Assembly: GCA_020847095.1 (NCBI GenBank) | Contig: JADLCR010000088.1 | Span: 46,871-110,870, forward strand | Direction: 5' to 3' | Length of the DNA stretch: 64,000 nucleotides | DNA from: Oligoflexia bacterium | GTDB taxonomy: Bacteria > Bdellovibrionota > Bdellovibrionia > JABDDW01 | Shown: piece after piece, positions 1 to 9,784 of the stretch | How the letters are laid out: every line of letters begins with the position of its first letter | Numbering within the stretch: position 1 is the stretch's first letter | Program-made: the position numbers and the translations under genes | The notes under the pieces: model-generated | What the model saw: the letters and a program-made list of their open reading frames with translations, nothing else | Told to the model about the DNA's origin: nothing | Database searches by the model: none

Positions 1-2
1 AG

Positions 3-1253
3 TCAAGGCACGATGGTGAAATTTAGAATTTTAAACGCGATGCGTCTTACCCCTTCTCGTTCGACGATGACTTGACCAGGCGCCATCCCCTTTTTCTTTC
101 GGACAAATTTTCGCGGCGTGACGATGAAGTCGAGTTTTTCACCCGGTAAAAACGGGTGTTTTTTTCGCTGACTCAATTGAGCTACAACGAGACAAGCCTT
201 TTCGATTAAATGTTCTGGCGGTGATGCCTTCTTTGACCCTCGAATAACTCCGTGGGCACCAGGGTAATCACGAAGATGAATCCACAGATCGTGGGGTTGC
301 ACGGCCTTAATCAATTCGTCATTTTGTTGGGCATTGCGACCTACCCAGAGTTCCCACTCCGGATCAAGACTGACTTGAATACCCTTCCATCGTTTTTCAA
401 TCGGGGCCACCGTTTGTTTTTCTAAACTCGCTTCTGTATTTGATGGCAAATCTTGCAATTCTCTTTGAAGCGCCCCAAGCCGCTCCTCGCTCACTCGACG
501 TTTTGTTTTTAATGTATGGATCTCGCCATAAATTTTTTGAAGCTTGGTCCCGAGCCGCCCCCCACGCCCCTTAAGAGCTTCTGCTTCGTCCAACAGATTA
601 TTAATGGATTGCTCGTAGGTTGGATCATCTAAGCTCTTCTGCAAATTTTGAATGGCACGCTCAAGTTTAGCCGCTTTTTTGTTTTCTTTAACGGCCGCGG
701 GCCTTTCGGGCGCGTTTTCTAAGCTCATCACTTCCTGACTCTTACTAAACTCTGACCGAGGCTCAGGCTCAACAAAGGCGACATTGACGAGCTCGCCCCA
801 GAGATTCGTTTTTAAACGAGGTTGGACGACTTGTTTATCGTTGGCCTCGAGTCCGATTTGGCAGCCATGGGGAAACACTTTAAAATAAAGGCGTCGAATG
901 CCTTCGGACGAATCAAAATCTAATCTCAGCAATCGATTAGGCTTTTGTGCAACGGCTATTCCTAAGAATTCAAGTCCGACAAAATGAGCTCTTAAAAAAT
1001 TGATAACCGGGGTGAGAACGACTTTTCGAGGACGACTTGCTTTTGCCGAACCTTCGGCATCCACCCCAAACCAAGGGCGAGACGGCTTTAAACAAAGGAC
1101 GAGCGCGTAAGTTTGACCTGGAGTTCTGAACTCTAAGACAACGGTGTGGGCATCAATACCATAAATCTTTTGAAGTTGGCCGCCCTTAAGTGATTGTGTC
1201 TCTTCAGCCAACGTATAGACATCATCATAATTCAAGACTTTAGACTGGGTCAT
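3..1253 (-). CDS. rqcH: RqcH/FbpA family protein (NFACT-N domain plus DUF814/NFACT-R), partial; C-terminus runs off the window start
   Basis: The N-terminus resembles the NFACT-N start (LQKIYGID...VLEF). The C-terminal block PGAHGVIRG...FIVTPRKFVRKKKGMAPGQV is typical of DUF814. The ORF reaches coordinate 3 with no stop. The ORF track starts at 1310, but the internal Met at 1253 (MTQSK) fits the family N-terminus better. Confidence 0.72.
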   Translation of the reverse strand: MTQSKVLNYDDVYTLAEETQSLKGGQLQKIYGIDAHTVVLEFRTPGQTYALVLCLKPSRPWFGVDAEGSAKASRPRKVVLTPVINFLRAHFVGLEFLGIAVAQKPNRLLRLDFDSSEGIRRLYFKVFPHGCQIGLEANDKQVVQPRLKTNLWGELVNVAFVEPEPRSEFSKSQEVMSLENAPERPAAVKENKKAAKLERAIQNLQKSLDDPTYEQSINNLLDEAEALKGRGGRLGTKLQKIYGEIHTLKTKRRVSEERLGALQRELQDLPSNTEASLEKQTVAPIEKRWKGIQVSLDPEWELWVGRNAQQNDELIKAVQPHDLWIHLRDYPGAHGVIRGSKKASPPEHLIEKACLVVAQLSQRKKHPFLPGEKLDFIVTPRKFVRKKKGMAPGQVIVEREGVRRIAFKILNFTIVP

Positions 1254-1308
1254 GCCACATATTACTTCACGAAATAAAGAATCAATAAGAAATTCCGATC
1301 CAATAGGC

Positions 1309-1593
1309 ATGATGCACCGGAAGTCAGACCCATTAGTGAAGATTTTAGAAAGGTACCTTCTTCAGGTGACCATTGGGGAAAAACTCTCTAATACGATGAT
1401 TGAGGCCATTGTGGCCGAATACTTAGAACAGCTCAATGCGCAAGGGGTGCATATTCCTGGTCCGGTACGGAATGTTTTTATTCAAGACATAAAGGAAGAA
1501 ATCAAAGATCTCGCAACGCAAGCCACTTTGGGTGCCATCTCGACGGAAGATCAATCTGAATCTCAGCCCCGCCAACCGCGAAAAGCAGCATAA
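1309..1593 (+). CDS. hypothetical small protein (uncertain)
   Basis: A 94 to 113 aa ORF lies in the 580-bp gap. Its ATG overlaps the divergent rqcH start at a shared CATG. No recognizable motif. Confidence 0.25.
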   Translation: MMHRKSDPLVKILERYLLQVTIGEKLSNTMIEAIVAEYLEQLNAQGVHIPGPVRNVFIQDIKEEIKDLATQATLGAISTEDQSESQPRQPRKAA

Positions 1594-1801
1594 AAAAAAG
1601 AGGCCGCCTGCATCCACAACCCAAATCAACAAACGGGCAACTCAGCGCAAAAATTCGGATGCTGCGACCTCAACGAGCCCAACGCTCATGTATTCCTTAT
1701 TCAAGATTCGTGCACAATCCATTGCCAAGTGATTAGGAGATGATCGCATTCCGACCGGTCAAGTTCTAAACAGTGAGCCATTTTTGTCGTTCGATATATT
1801 G

Positions 1802-1836
1802 AAAAAAAATCGGGTTCCCTTTTAAAGGAACCCGAT
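1802..1836 (-). terminator. rho-independent terminator for the lipoprotein gene
   Basis: Hairpin atcgggttcc..ggaacccgat. On the minus strand it is followed by a T-run (plus-strand A8 at 1802-1809). Confidence 0.5.
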
Positions 1837-1893
1837 CACAGAGGAGAGAGAGGTCAATTCGCCGTCCTAGCGAAACTTAAAATTCGATTTTAA

Positions 1894-2904
1894 CTATTTC
1901 TTTTGTTCAAGCTTGATATCAATGATCACAGGAGGAAGTTCTTTTCCGCCAGCCGTTGCAGGAATTGTAACCTTGGCTGTTTTCTCTTGGTCATTGCGAT
2001 CAACGCGGAATGTTCCGTATGTGATAGCTTCGTTGGTTTTTGATAAATCAGGCAATCGATAGACTCGCACGCTCTGAACAAGAGAATCAGAAATTTTCTC
2101 TTCTTCACCAGCGAGGTTTTTAGCCTTCGCAGCGCCGCTCAATTTTGAAGCATCGATCTTTAATGTTCTTACAACAAGCCCTGCTTCTTTCTTCAAATCG
2201 TTGAGCGCGAGCATTTCCTCTTCTGCGCCTACGGCAACAGGCTCGCCGTCAAACTTGGCCGTTCCTGAATAGCCGCGAATGACTTCGCGCTTAATCACTC
2301 GATTAATTTCTCGACCAGCCTTATCTTTTTCAATCGTCACTTCAATAACACCGCTGTTGAGGTCAACCATGTTTTCAGGCATAGTTACTTTTCCGGTAAC
2401 AGGAGCGTCTTCTAAACCTTTTTCAACCTGAACGATTTGCGCCTCACCAGGCTTTGAAATTCTCACACGAAATTGCGATGTGGAATTGTCTGCATGTTTT
2501 AATGTCAAAAGGACGGCATTAACGCTTTTTGATTCTGCATCAACAGATTGCGTAGCCGATACTGACGTTACCGGTGAAACTTCTTTTTTTGTATCGCTTC
2601 CTTCAGTTGAAGCTGCAGGAGGCGCTGCTGGATCTGCGGGATCTGCACTAGCGTCCGTACCTGCGGGCGCCGATGTACCACCATTATTATTGGTTGCGCC
2701 GGGAGCCCCTGAAGTACCTGTCGGTGCCGGGACCTGATCTGTTATTGCGGGATTTTGTCCGCCTGTGCCTTGGGTATTTGCGTCACCTGGCGCCTTGGGA
2801 GGAACTTTACCGTCATTGCTTGCTCGTCGCTTTGGAGCGCAACCGGAAGCCATGACCGCTACTAACACAAAACTTAAAACAACGTACATTTTCGATTTCA
2901 TCAT
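1894..2904 (-). CDS. lipoprotein with Pro/Gly/Thr/Ala-rich disordered N-terminal region
   Basis: Lipobox signal MMKSKMYVVLSFVLVAVMASGC. Low-complexity PAPTGTSGAPGAT region, then a structured C-terminal domain. Confidence 0.7.
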   Translation of the reverse strand: MMKSKMYVVLSFVLVAVMASGCAPKRRASNDGKVPPKAPGDANTQGTGGQNPAITDQVPAPTGTSGAPGATNNNGGTSAPAGTDASADPADPAAPPAASTEGSDTKKEVSPVTSVSATQSVDAESKSVNAVLLTLKHADNSTSQFRVRISKPGEAQIVQVEKGLEDAPVTGKVTMPENMVDLNSGVIEVTIEKDKAGREINRVIKREVIRGYSGTAKFDGEPVAVGAEEEMLALNDLKKEAGLVVRTLKIDASKLSGAAKAKNLAGEEEKISDSLVQSVRVYRLPDLSKTNEAITYGTFRVDRNDQEKTAKVTIPATAGGKELPPVIIDIKLEQKK

Positions 2905-3147
2905 ACTCTCCTATGTGAATACGAACCGAATCATGGCCCTTTTGAGCAATCCAAAGGCCACGTCGATTTGCCGTCAAACCCCCGCCATTGCCTATTGAGG
3001 TGAATTTGGCATTTTTTGGCTGGCAAAATTAGGCGATCAGTGACATTGAACGGCACTGGAAGTCTGAAAACTTTGCCTCAAAGTGCATTCATTTGGTCAG
3101 GGGCAGGCTTCATATTTGAATAAATAAAGATTTGAGAAGGTGTAGAG

Positions 3148-4923
3148 ATGGGATCCATATCCAAGTTGATTCTTATTACTTTGCTATTGGTATTAGCCAA
3201 TCCGATGAAAAACCGTCTATTGGCTCAAGAACCCCCTTGCTCAGAAGACCTCAAAATCATGGGTCGTGCCTTTATCCTAAACAAAGATACCGACCTTGTA
3301 TGGCAAGACAACGACCTTGCTCTACTCGCTAATCCTGACGTCATCCAGTACGGAGCCTTGTTGAGGCCTTATACAAACGAGCAAGCGCGCATATATGATG
3401 TGACCGTTTCATCACCAGATAATTGCTTGGCGCTAAAAAGTCTTGAGAGCGCCGTGAGCACGGGCGAGTTTAGCGAACCATTTGAGCTCTCAATAGATTC
3501 TTCTGACCCTAATGATTTAAGCCAGTATTTCAATGGCCTTAACGTAAAGAGAATTGAAAGCCGGTTGCCTGTTGAATCCGTATCAAAGAAACTGATTAAT
3601 ACAAAATCGGGCCCAGTCTATTTGTTCAAATGGAAATTGAAAAAGGAATATCAGCCTCACCTCTCAGAAGAAGTCTCTTACACAATTGATGGTCAAACGG
3701 TCATTGTGGCCTTGAGATCTTCAAAAGATCATATTGAAAAAGCAGGCGATGAAGCTGAGCCGTCTGATGACACTGAAGATGCCATCATTGCCCCTCCTGC
3801 TAAATCAGAGCTCCCCAAATTTCGAATGCCTGTCGATGGATCCCCTTGGATCACTCGATTCTTTGGCCCGTACCTTTGGAGAAGCGGAGGCATCTATAAT
3901 AAGCTTCCGTCGTTGGCACCCGATGTGGTCGATGCGATGTATGCGGCCTCGCCAAGACCAATTCCCGGACACAAGACAACACTCACGACTCTTAAAAAGT
4001 ACTTTCAACGTCACACAGGTATCGACTTTAGCGTTCCAACGGGCACAAAAGTTTTTGCTCCATATAACGGAGTTGTCTATGCCGTGGGACATATGGGCTG
4101 CACAGGCAACACCGTCATTGTTGAGCATCTGCTGCCTGACTCATCGAGAATGTATTCAGTTTACTATCACCTTAAAGGCTACAATCAGATGGTTCAGGAG
4201 CCCAATGGCACTCCCAAATTGAAAACTCCTGGCGCCAAATACAAAAAGGGAACAAAGCTCGTCAACCTTAAGGTTGGACATAAAATCGAACAGGGAGAGG
4301 TTCTTGCCTTTTCTGGATTTACAGGAATCCCAGTGAGCTTTTCAAAGGGACGAAAATCCGGTTGCGTGCAAGGTCCGCATTTGCATTTCGAGCTCAAAAA
4401 ACCTTTAACTCAAGATGATATCGCCGAAATAGAAAAATTCTCCAATCCAAATCAAAGAAAGAGATTCTCTCACTTTGTAGGTCAAACAGCTTTTGTTAAT
4501 CCGTCCGAATTTATTCCTTATGTGGATGATGCCTGCTACCGCCGACGGCGCGCCGAACTTCGAAATGCAGTTCGACTTGAGAAGGCCATGGGTAAAAAGT
4601 ATTTGCCCGTGATGACCGCCGGCCCTTGCAGTCAAAGAACGGAAATCAAAATTCGCGAAGAAATAGCCAGTGAGCTTAAATCTGAAGGGATCAGGCTTTT
4701 GCCGACTGATGAATCAACATTGCCAGCTTTGTATCAAGTCAAATCAAGTGATCAGATTGAACTCATATTCAGTGAGTTTGTTAAACCTACACAAACTCGT
4801 TCGGCAAGTGCAGGTCGTCCCCAGAACTCCACAGGTGTAACGACTTCCCTTCGGCCAATCAAAAGATCGAAATCAATGTCTAAGGCACCGCAAAAGTCGC
4901 AAACTTCTGGAGGTGGATCATGA
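3148..4923 (+). CDS. secreted M23 family metallopeptidase (LytM-like)
   Basis: N-terminal signal peptide. M23 motifs HTGIDFSVPTGTKVFAPYNG, YYHLKGY and GPHLHFELKK. Confidence 0.8.
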   Translation: MGSISKLILITLLLVLANPMKNRLLAQEPPCSEDLKIMGRAFILNKDTDLVWQDNDLALLANPDVIQYGALLRPYTNEQARIYDVTVSSPDNCLALKSLESAVSTGEFSEPFELSIDSSDPNDLSQYFNGLNVKRIESRLPVESVSKKLINTKSGPVYLFKWKLKKEYQPHLSEEVSYTIDGQTVIVALRSSKDHIEKAGDEAEPSDDTEDAIIAPPAKSELPKFRMPVDGSPWITRFFGPYLWRSGGIYNKLPSLAPDVVDAMYAASPRPIPGHKTTLTTLKKYFQRHTGIDFSVPTGTKVFAPYNGVVYAVGHMGCTGNTVIVEHLLPDSSRMYSVYYHLKGYNQMVQEPNGTPKLKTPGAKYKKGTKLVNLKVGHKIEQGEVLAFSGFTGIPVSFSKGRKSGCVQGPHLHFELKKPLTQDDIAEIEKFSNPNQRKRFSHFVGQTAFVNPSEFIPYVDDACYRRRRAELRNAVRLEKAMGKKYLPVMTAGPCSQRTEIKIREEIASELKSEGIRLLPTDESTLPALYQVKSSDQIELIFSEFVKPTQTRSASAGRPQNSTGVTTSLRPIKRSKSMSKAPQKSQTSGGGS

Positions 4924-5465
4924 AGTCTGTCATCGCTGTGGGACTATTCTTTATTTTTTCGATTGCATCCATAGTTGAAGCTCAGCCGCAGCTTGCAGCG
5001 CCTCAAACAACAGCACAAATTGATAACCTAGGCCTCACGCGGCCGTCGGGACGATTCAAAATGACAATCGATCCCTTTGCACTTTTATTTGGCGGGGTGA
5101 GCGTTGGAGTGGATTCTGACTTCGGGCCGTTGTGGTCTGGATCGGCAAATTACACTCAAGTAGGCGCAGGCGGTGGAAATGCACTTATGGCGTACGCCCT
5201 CAACTCGTTTAGGGTTTCTCTTCGCAGACACTTTCGCGGAAAATCCACAGGTTCTAGTTTTATGATGGGCCCTGAACTGGGTTACGCCTCGGCTCAAGGC
5301 GATGTGCTCTGGGTTAAAGGAAATAAAACCGGCCTCATGGCGGGAGCATATGCAGGCTTTCAATTCGCACTGACAGACTTTTACATGCAGCTTGGCGCCA
5401 GCGGAGGTGTTCTTCAGTCCTCTTGGTACGCCATCCCTGATCTTCGAGTCGGATGGCTATTCTAA
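4920..5465 (+). CDS. hypothetical outer-membrane beta-barrel protein
   Basis: Signal peptide, Gly/Ala/Ser-rich alternating pattern and a C-terminal ...RVGWLF aromatic end. Its start overlaps the M23 stop (ATGA). Confidence 0.5.
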   Translation: MKSVIAVGLFFIFSIASIVEAQPQLAAPQTTAQIDNLGLTRPSGRFKMTIDPFALLFGGVSVGVDSDFGPLWSGSANYTQVGAGGGNALMAYALNSFRVSLRRHFRGKSTGSSFMMGPELGYASAQGDVLWVKGNKTGLMAGAYAGFQFALTDFYMQLGASGGVLQSSWYAIPDLRVGWLF

Positions 5466-5483
5466 TATTTGAGCTTTTTTAAT

Positions 5484-6041
5484 CTATTTAACCCAGCGAA
5501 CTTTACAGGTAGCCTCTTTGATCGTCGCCACTTCTTTCGACCATCGTTCGCCAATGGCCATAGCTAACGCAGCCGGTTTAATTTGGAGATCTTGCAAGCA
5601 TGAAGTCTTCACAGGCGTTCCTTCATTTGAGATGTTTATTGCAAAATGTATTAAACAGGAAACCGGCGAAGAAGTGGCAATGCTAATGCTGGCCTTGCCA
5701 TCAAGCCAAAAAAGATCATCACCATCCCGTTGAATTTTTAAATCAGACCTTAATCTTTCAATTTCTTCTTTTACGATACAAGCCAATAACCGTTGTCTTG
5801 TGACGGCGAATTCAAGGTTTCGGCCAAATTCTTCGACAATAAAATGGAGCATGTGACTGCCGCGAATTTCCGATTTGGCCAACAGATCTTCGCCATCCAC
5901 CATGTGATCAAAGCTCACCGAACATGGTCCCTCGAAAGCGATCATAGAATCGCCTAGAACGCCATGATTAAGGTAGGCATACAAAGAAACAAGCTGAGTT
6001 CCATCATAAGCGAGTTTGTTATCCAGAAACTTAAACTTCAT
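5484..6041 (-). CDS. conserved hypothetical protein translationally coupled to queC
   Basis: Likely start MKFKFLD overlaps the queC stop by 4 nt. No QueD (CxxxHGH) or QueE (CxxxCxxC) motifs. Confidence 0.55.
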   Translation of the reverse strand: MKFKFLDNKLAYDGTQLVSLYAYLNHGVLGDSMIAFEGPCSVSFDHMVDGEDLLAKSEIRGSHMLHFIVEEFGRNLEFAVTRQRLLACIVKEEIERLRSDLKIQRDGDDLFWLDGKASISIATSSPVSCLIHFAINISNEGTPVKTSCLQDLQIKPAALAMAIGERWSKEVATIKEATCKVRWVK

Positions 6042-6688
6042 GGCCGAAACTCCTTTAATCCTCGTGCTGATCGCTGGCAACTTTCACAGCGCCCGCACGG
6101 TTGAGAGCCGCTTTGATAGCAACTCCAAACATGAGCAAGATCCACACCCAATTCAAATGCTCTGCCCACCATTTGGGTTTTATTGAGCTGGGTCGTAAAT
6201 GAAATGGCTTTAACTTGGCTCATTGTACTTAACTTGAAGGCAAGAGTTGTTTGATCCAAAAATGCTTGAGTGTTGTCTGGAAACGTAGCCGCTTCTTCAA
6301 TATTAAATCCAGGAATCACCGCTTGGGCTCCCAGGCTTTCAGCAAAGCTCGCCGCAATATTGAGAAAGACGCCGTTTCGGTTTGGAACCCAGACAGCCTT
6401 CGCCGATTCATCGGCCTCTCGTTTATCATCTAGATTTTTGAGCTCAGGCATGGCCGATTCATTGTTAACTAGTGCGGTTTTGGTAATGGAGGCCAACCAA
6501 GGAATTTCGATGACTCGATGGGGGGCTTTAAGTTTTTCGCAAAAAAAACGGGCCGCTTGAATTTCATTCTTAGCCGCCCGTTGCCCGTAATCGAATGTTA
6601 AGGCGAGAGTGACCTCCCCTTTTTGTTTAGCCTCGTAGAGGTTTACAACAGAATCCAGTCCACCACTGAGCAAAACGACAAACTTCAT
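6038..6688 (-). CDS. queC: 7-cyano-7-deazaguanine synthase
   Basis: PP-loop VVLLSGGLDS and the C-terminal zinc site CGRCESCQRSARG. Length 216 aa. Confidence 0.9.
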   Translation of the reverse strand: MKFVVLLSGGLDSVVNLYEAKQKGEVTLALTFDYGQRAAKNEIQAARFFCEKLKAPHRVIEIPWLASITKTALVNNESAMPELKNLDDKREADESAKAVWVPNRNGVFLNIAASFAESLGAQAVIPGFNIEEAATFPDNTQAFLDQTTLAFKLSTMSQVKAISFTTQLNKTQMVGRAFELGVDLAHVWSCYQSGSQPCGRCESCQRSARGLKEFRP

Positions 6689-7038
6689 GTTCCGGTTTTT
6701 TTAGTGGCTCTTCTGGTTTTTCTCTTGGTGAGTGGTTTAACTCTAGTGCGCACTTCCTTCACAATTTGATTAGCTTTCTTACGTGCTTCTTTCTCAAGAT
6801 GTTGTAACTGGTCGGCTACGTGGTTGAGTCGATTAATAACGTGTTTAACTTGAGGATCCTTCATGAAGTCCTGAGATTTAACAAATTCCACGAGCCCCTC
6901 AACTCGCTTGACGATTTCACTGTGACTGAGATCCCTCTGAGCTCGTTTTGCAATGCCTTCGATTTGCTTCTGAGCAGTTGCGGCTCGGGAGCGGATCGTC
7001 TTCTTGATTTCTTCGACATCTAATGAAATTCGAGCCAT
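6685..7038 (-). CDS. hypothetical coiled-coil protein with basic C-terminal tail, first gene of the queC operon
   Basis: The stop overlaps the queC start (ATGA). AGGAGG Shine-Dalgarno 7 nt upstream. Alpha-helical, K/R-rich tail. Confidence 0.55.
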   Translation of the reverse strand: MARISLDVEEIKKTIRSRAATAQKQIEGIAKRAQRDLSHSEIVKRVEGLVEFVKSQDFMKDPQVKHVINRLNHVADQLQHLEKEARKKANQIVKEVRTRVKPLTKRKTRRATKKTGT

Positions 7039-7044
7039 GGTAGG

Positions 7045-7089
7045 CCTCCTTTAGTTTGAGACCCAGGAGATTAGCACAGAGCGTCTCAA
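7045..7089 (-). promoter_or_regulatory. candidate RBS-sequestering leader hairpin (riboswitch-like) upstream of the queC operon
   Basis: Minus-strand RNA: UUGAGAC, a 20-nt loop containing CUCCU, GUCUCAA, then ACUAAAGGAGG-N6-AUG. The loop anti-SD can pair with the SD as a pseudoknot. The ACUAA-GG tail is reminiscent of preQ1-I. Confidence 0.25.
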
Positions 7090-7115
7090 CCAACAAGATG
7101 GCAAATGTTAAGCTT

Positions 7116-8813
7116 TTATTGATGAAGGGGCCTAAGAGCGCGAATCATCAGCTGAATCCGACGAGAACCCTGCCAGTAATTCCATGAAGGCTCTACAATG
7201 GCCTCCATCTTTTCGCCTACTTGAACGTCAAATTTGCCCCTGGCAAAAAAGGCAATCCCTTCCATTCGAGCCGTTCGATCATTAAGGATGACTTTCAAAT
7301 GCTGGTCTTTGAGCCATTTCGCCGATGTCACATACACTTGAGGGAGTCTAAAAAGCGGTTGCGGGTTTTCCACGCCAAACGGTCCTAAATGCTTGAGCCA
7401 ATCCATAAAATTTTCGCTAAAGTCCTTAAGCTCAGCATCGACATCATAAGTTTCTCCACCCAAAATGGCGGTCGTCTCATTTTCCGAATAGTATTGAATG
7501 ACCGAGCTTCTAAAATCGCTGAATTTATCGGCTTTCATGCTAAAACCAGCGGCCTGAGCATGGCCCCCAAATCGCTCCAAATGGGCGGATGCAAATGATA
7601 GGGCTTGGGGCAAAATGTGATGCTCCAGGCCTCGGGCACTTCCCGTTCCCTTTTGGTCCTGCCAAGCAACCACAAACGTGGGAAGCCCCGTGATACCGGC
7701 CACTTTTGTAGCGACGAGTCCGACTACTCCCGGATGTCCCGCAGCTCCGAAAACAGCGGCGGCTTGAGGATTTTCCTTATCCAACTGAGCAAGAACTTTT
7801 TCCTCAAGAACACTTTGAAGGTGTTTGCGTTGGGCATTGAGATTAACCACTTGTTCAGCCAACACCTCCGCTTGTCGGTAATCTTCGCACAAAAAGATAT
7901 CTAGCGGTCTTAGACCCTGTTCGAGCCGACTAAGGGCATTGAGCTTCGGAGCCAAACTAAATCCGATATCATAACTATCTAGGCTGCGGTTTTCTAACGA
8001 CAGACGGCGCACCAAAGCCTGAAGGCCAGGACGCTTAGTCTCCGCAAGTCGTTTGAGTCCCAATTTAACTAACGATCGATTCTCGCCCTTAAGCGGGACC
8101 ATGTCACTGATCGTCCCAATAGTGAAAAAATCGAGCACCTCTCGCGGATCAAAATCCGTTACGCCCATGCGGTTCTTTATGGCCAGCAGGAGATAGAATC
8201 CAACTCCAACACCTGCAAGATGCTGAAGCTGAGATTCGCAGTCTCCCCTATTTGGGTTCACAACAGCCACACAATCGGGAAGAATAATTTCAGGCTGAGA
8301 TCGAGGCAAATGATGGTCCGTGATAACAAGATCGAGCCCGAGTTCTTTCGCAAACGCCGCCTCTTCGATGGCTGTTATCCCGCAATCAACGCTGACAACC
8401 ACCTGCGCACCGCGCTCGCGAATGGTCTTCAACGCGTCTTTATGGATTCCGTATCCTTCGGTAAATCTCGACGGTTGGTAGTACTGAACATTTTCAAAGC
8501 CCAACCCTTTTAATCCGTAATAAAGAAGTGCAACACCTGTACTTCCATCAAGATCATAGTCGCCATAGATGCAGATGGTTTCGCCGCTCATTCGGGCCAA
8601 AATCAATCGATCGACGGCTTCATCAATGTCCTTTAATGTAAAGGGACTAGCGAGTTTCGATAGCGATGGACTAAGAAATCCTCCCACCTCTTCTGAGCTT
8701 ACATACCCGCGAGATTTTAATAATTTCCAAATGAGCGATGGCATCGGCATTGGCGGAGATTCAGCCAAAGGCGATATTCTACCCTCAGAACGGGATTTCC
8801 AGATTGGTTCCAT
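7116..8813 (-). CDS. recJ: single-stranded-DNA-specific exonuclease RecJ
   Basis: DHH family motifs ICIYGDYDLDGSTG and DLVITDHH, followed by a DHHA1 region. Length 565 aa. Confidence 0.9.
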   Translation of the reverse strand: MEPIWKSRSEGRISPLAESPPMPMPSLIWKLLKSRGYVSSEEVGGFLSPSLSKLASPFTLKDIDEAVDRLILARMSGETICIYGDYDLDGSTGVALLYYGLKGLGFENVQYYQPSRFTEGYGIHKDALKTIRERGAQVVVSVDCGITAIEEAAFAKELGLDLVITDHHLPRSQPEIILPDCVAVVNPNRGDCESQLQHLAGVGVGFYLLLAIKNRMGVTDFDPREVLDFFTIGTISDMVPLKGENRSLVKLGLKRLAETKRPGLQALVRRLSLENRSLDSYDIGFSLAPKLNALSRLEQGLRPLDIFLCEDYRQAEVLAEQVVNLNAQRKHLQSVLEEKVLAQLDKENPQAAAVFGAAGHPGVVGLVATKVAGITGLPTFVVAWQDQKGTGSARGLEHHILPQALSFASAHLERFGGHAQAAGFSMKADKFSDFRSSVIQYYSENETTAILGGETYDVDAELKDFSENFMDWLKHLGPFGVENPQPLFRLPQVYVTSAKWLKDQHLKVILNDRTARMEGIAFFARGKFDVQVGEKMEAIVEPSWNYWQGSRRIQLMIRALRPLHQ

Positions 8814-8835
8814 CCCCTTACCCCTAATATCTGAC

Positions 8836-9774
8836 TTAGGTTGCTAGCCGCCTGCGTCCAATCGACTCGATCCGTGCCAGACGCCGCTTTTCCATAAATA
8901 CGACAAGCGAGTTTGCCACGAAGATCGTCGAGAACACGCTGATGACAAAACCAATCAACATGCAAAGGGCAAAGTCAGAAAGTACGGGCCCACCCAATAA
9001 CCAAATGCTAACAACAACAAAAAGTGTGCAGATAACTGTCAATACCGTACGACCCAAGTTTAGGTTGATGGATTTATTGACGATCTTTTCAATCGGCCAA
9101 TTTGAATTGGTTTTTGAATAATCGCGAATACGGTCATAAATAACGATCGTATCGTTACATGAATAGCCCGCAATGGTTAAAATTGAAGCAAGAGTGGTGA
9201 GATTAAACTCGCGACCCATTAAGACCCAAATTCCAAGGGTACTCACCATATCAAAGAGCAAAGCTCTCAAAATTCCAGGGGCGAATCGAAAATCAAATCT
9301 CAGAGCAATATAAATGACAATACCAAGACCGGCGTAAAACAAACTTAAAATAGCCGATTGTTTGAGCTTGCTACCTGCCTGTGGCCCAACCACATCGGCT
9401 CGTTTGATTTCGTATTGCCCAGCTTGAAGCTGAGCTGCGAGAGCCTTTTCAACTTGCTCAGAAACGCTCTTAATCTCGTTTGGCAGTGCTTGAATCTTAA
9501 CCAAGAACTCGCTTTGCGCTTCTTCACCAATTTGAACAACGGTGGGGTCGTTGATACCACCTTTGCTTAGCTCTTCACGAACGCGATCAATTTTCCAATC
9601 ATTCGGAACTCGAATATGAACTTCGGCGCCCCCAGTGAAGTCGATGCCATAATTGAGTCCCGGCTTAACCAACAATACGAGGCTAAGAAGCACAAACAGC
9701 GTCGACACGATCACAAACGGTCGGCTGATTTTAAGAAAATCAATTTCTAGGTTAGTTGGAATCAAGTGAAACAT
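8836..9774 (-). CDS. secF: protein translocase subunit SecF
   Basis: Six-TM SecD/SecF family sequence. Lies directly after secD. Confidence 0.9.
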   Translation of the reverse strand: MFHLIPTNLEIDFLKISRPFVIVSTLFVLLSLVLLVKPGLNYGIDFTGGAEVHIRVPNDWKIDRVREELSKGGINDPTVVQIGEEAQSEFLVKIQALPNEIKSVSEQVEKALAAQLQAGQYEIKRADVVGPQAGSKLKQSAILSLFYAGLGIVIYIALRFDFRFAPGILRALLFDMVSTLGIWVLMGREFNLTTLASILTIAGYSCNDTIVIYDRIRDYSKTNSNWPIEKIVNKSINLNLGRTVLTVICTLFVVVSIWLLGGPVLSDFALCMLIGFVISVFSTIFVANSLVVFMEKRRLARIESIGRRRLAT

Positions 9775-9784
9775 TCATTTCTCC

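Noticed and set aside
2560-2800. Possible DNA tandem repeat in the lipoprotein low-complexity region
   Set aside because: Only a short GGATCTGC duplication. The low complexity is at the protein level (PT/GA-rich linker), not a true nucleotide tandem array.
3734-4635. Short ORFs overlapping the M23 peptidase gene in other frames or strands
   Set aside because: They are embedded in a strongly supported CDS and have no independent signal.
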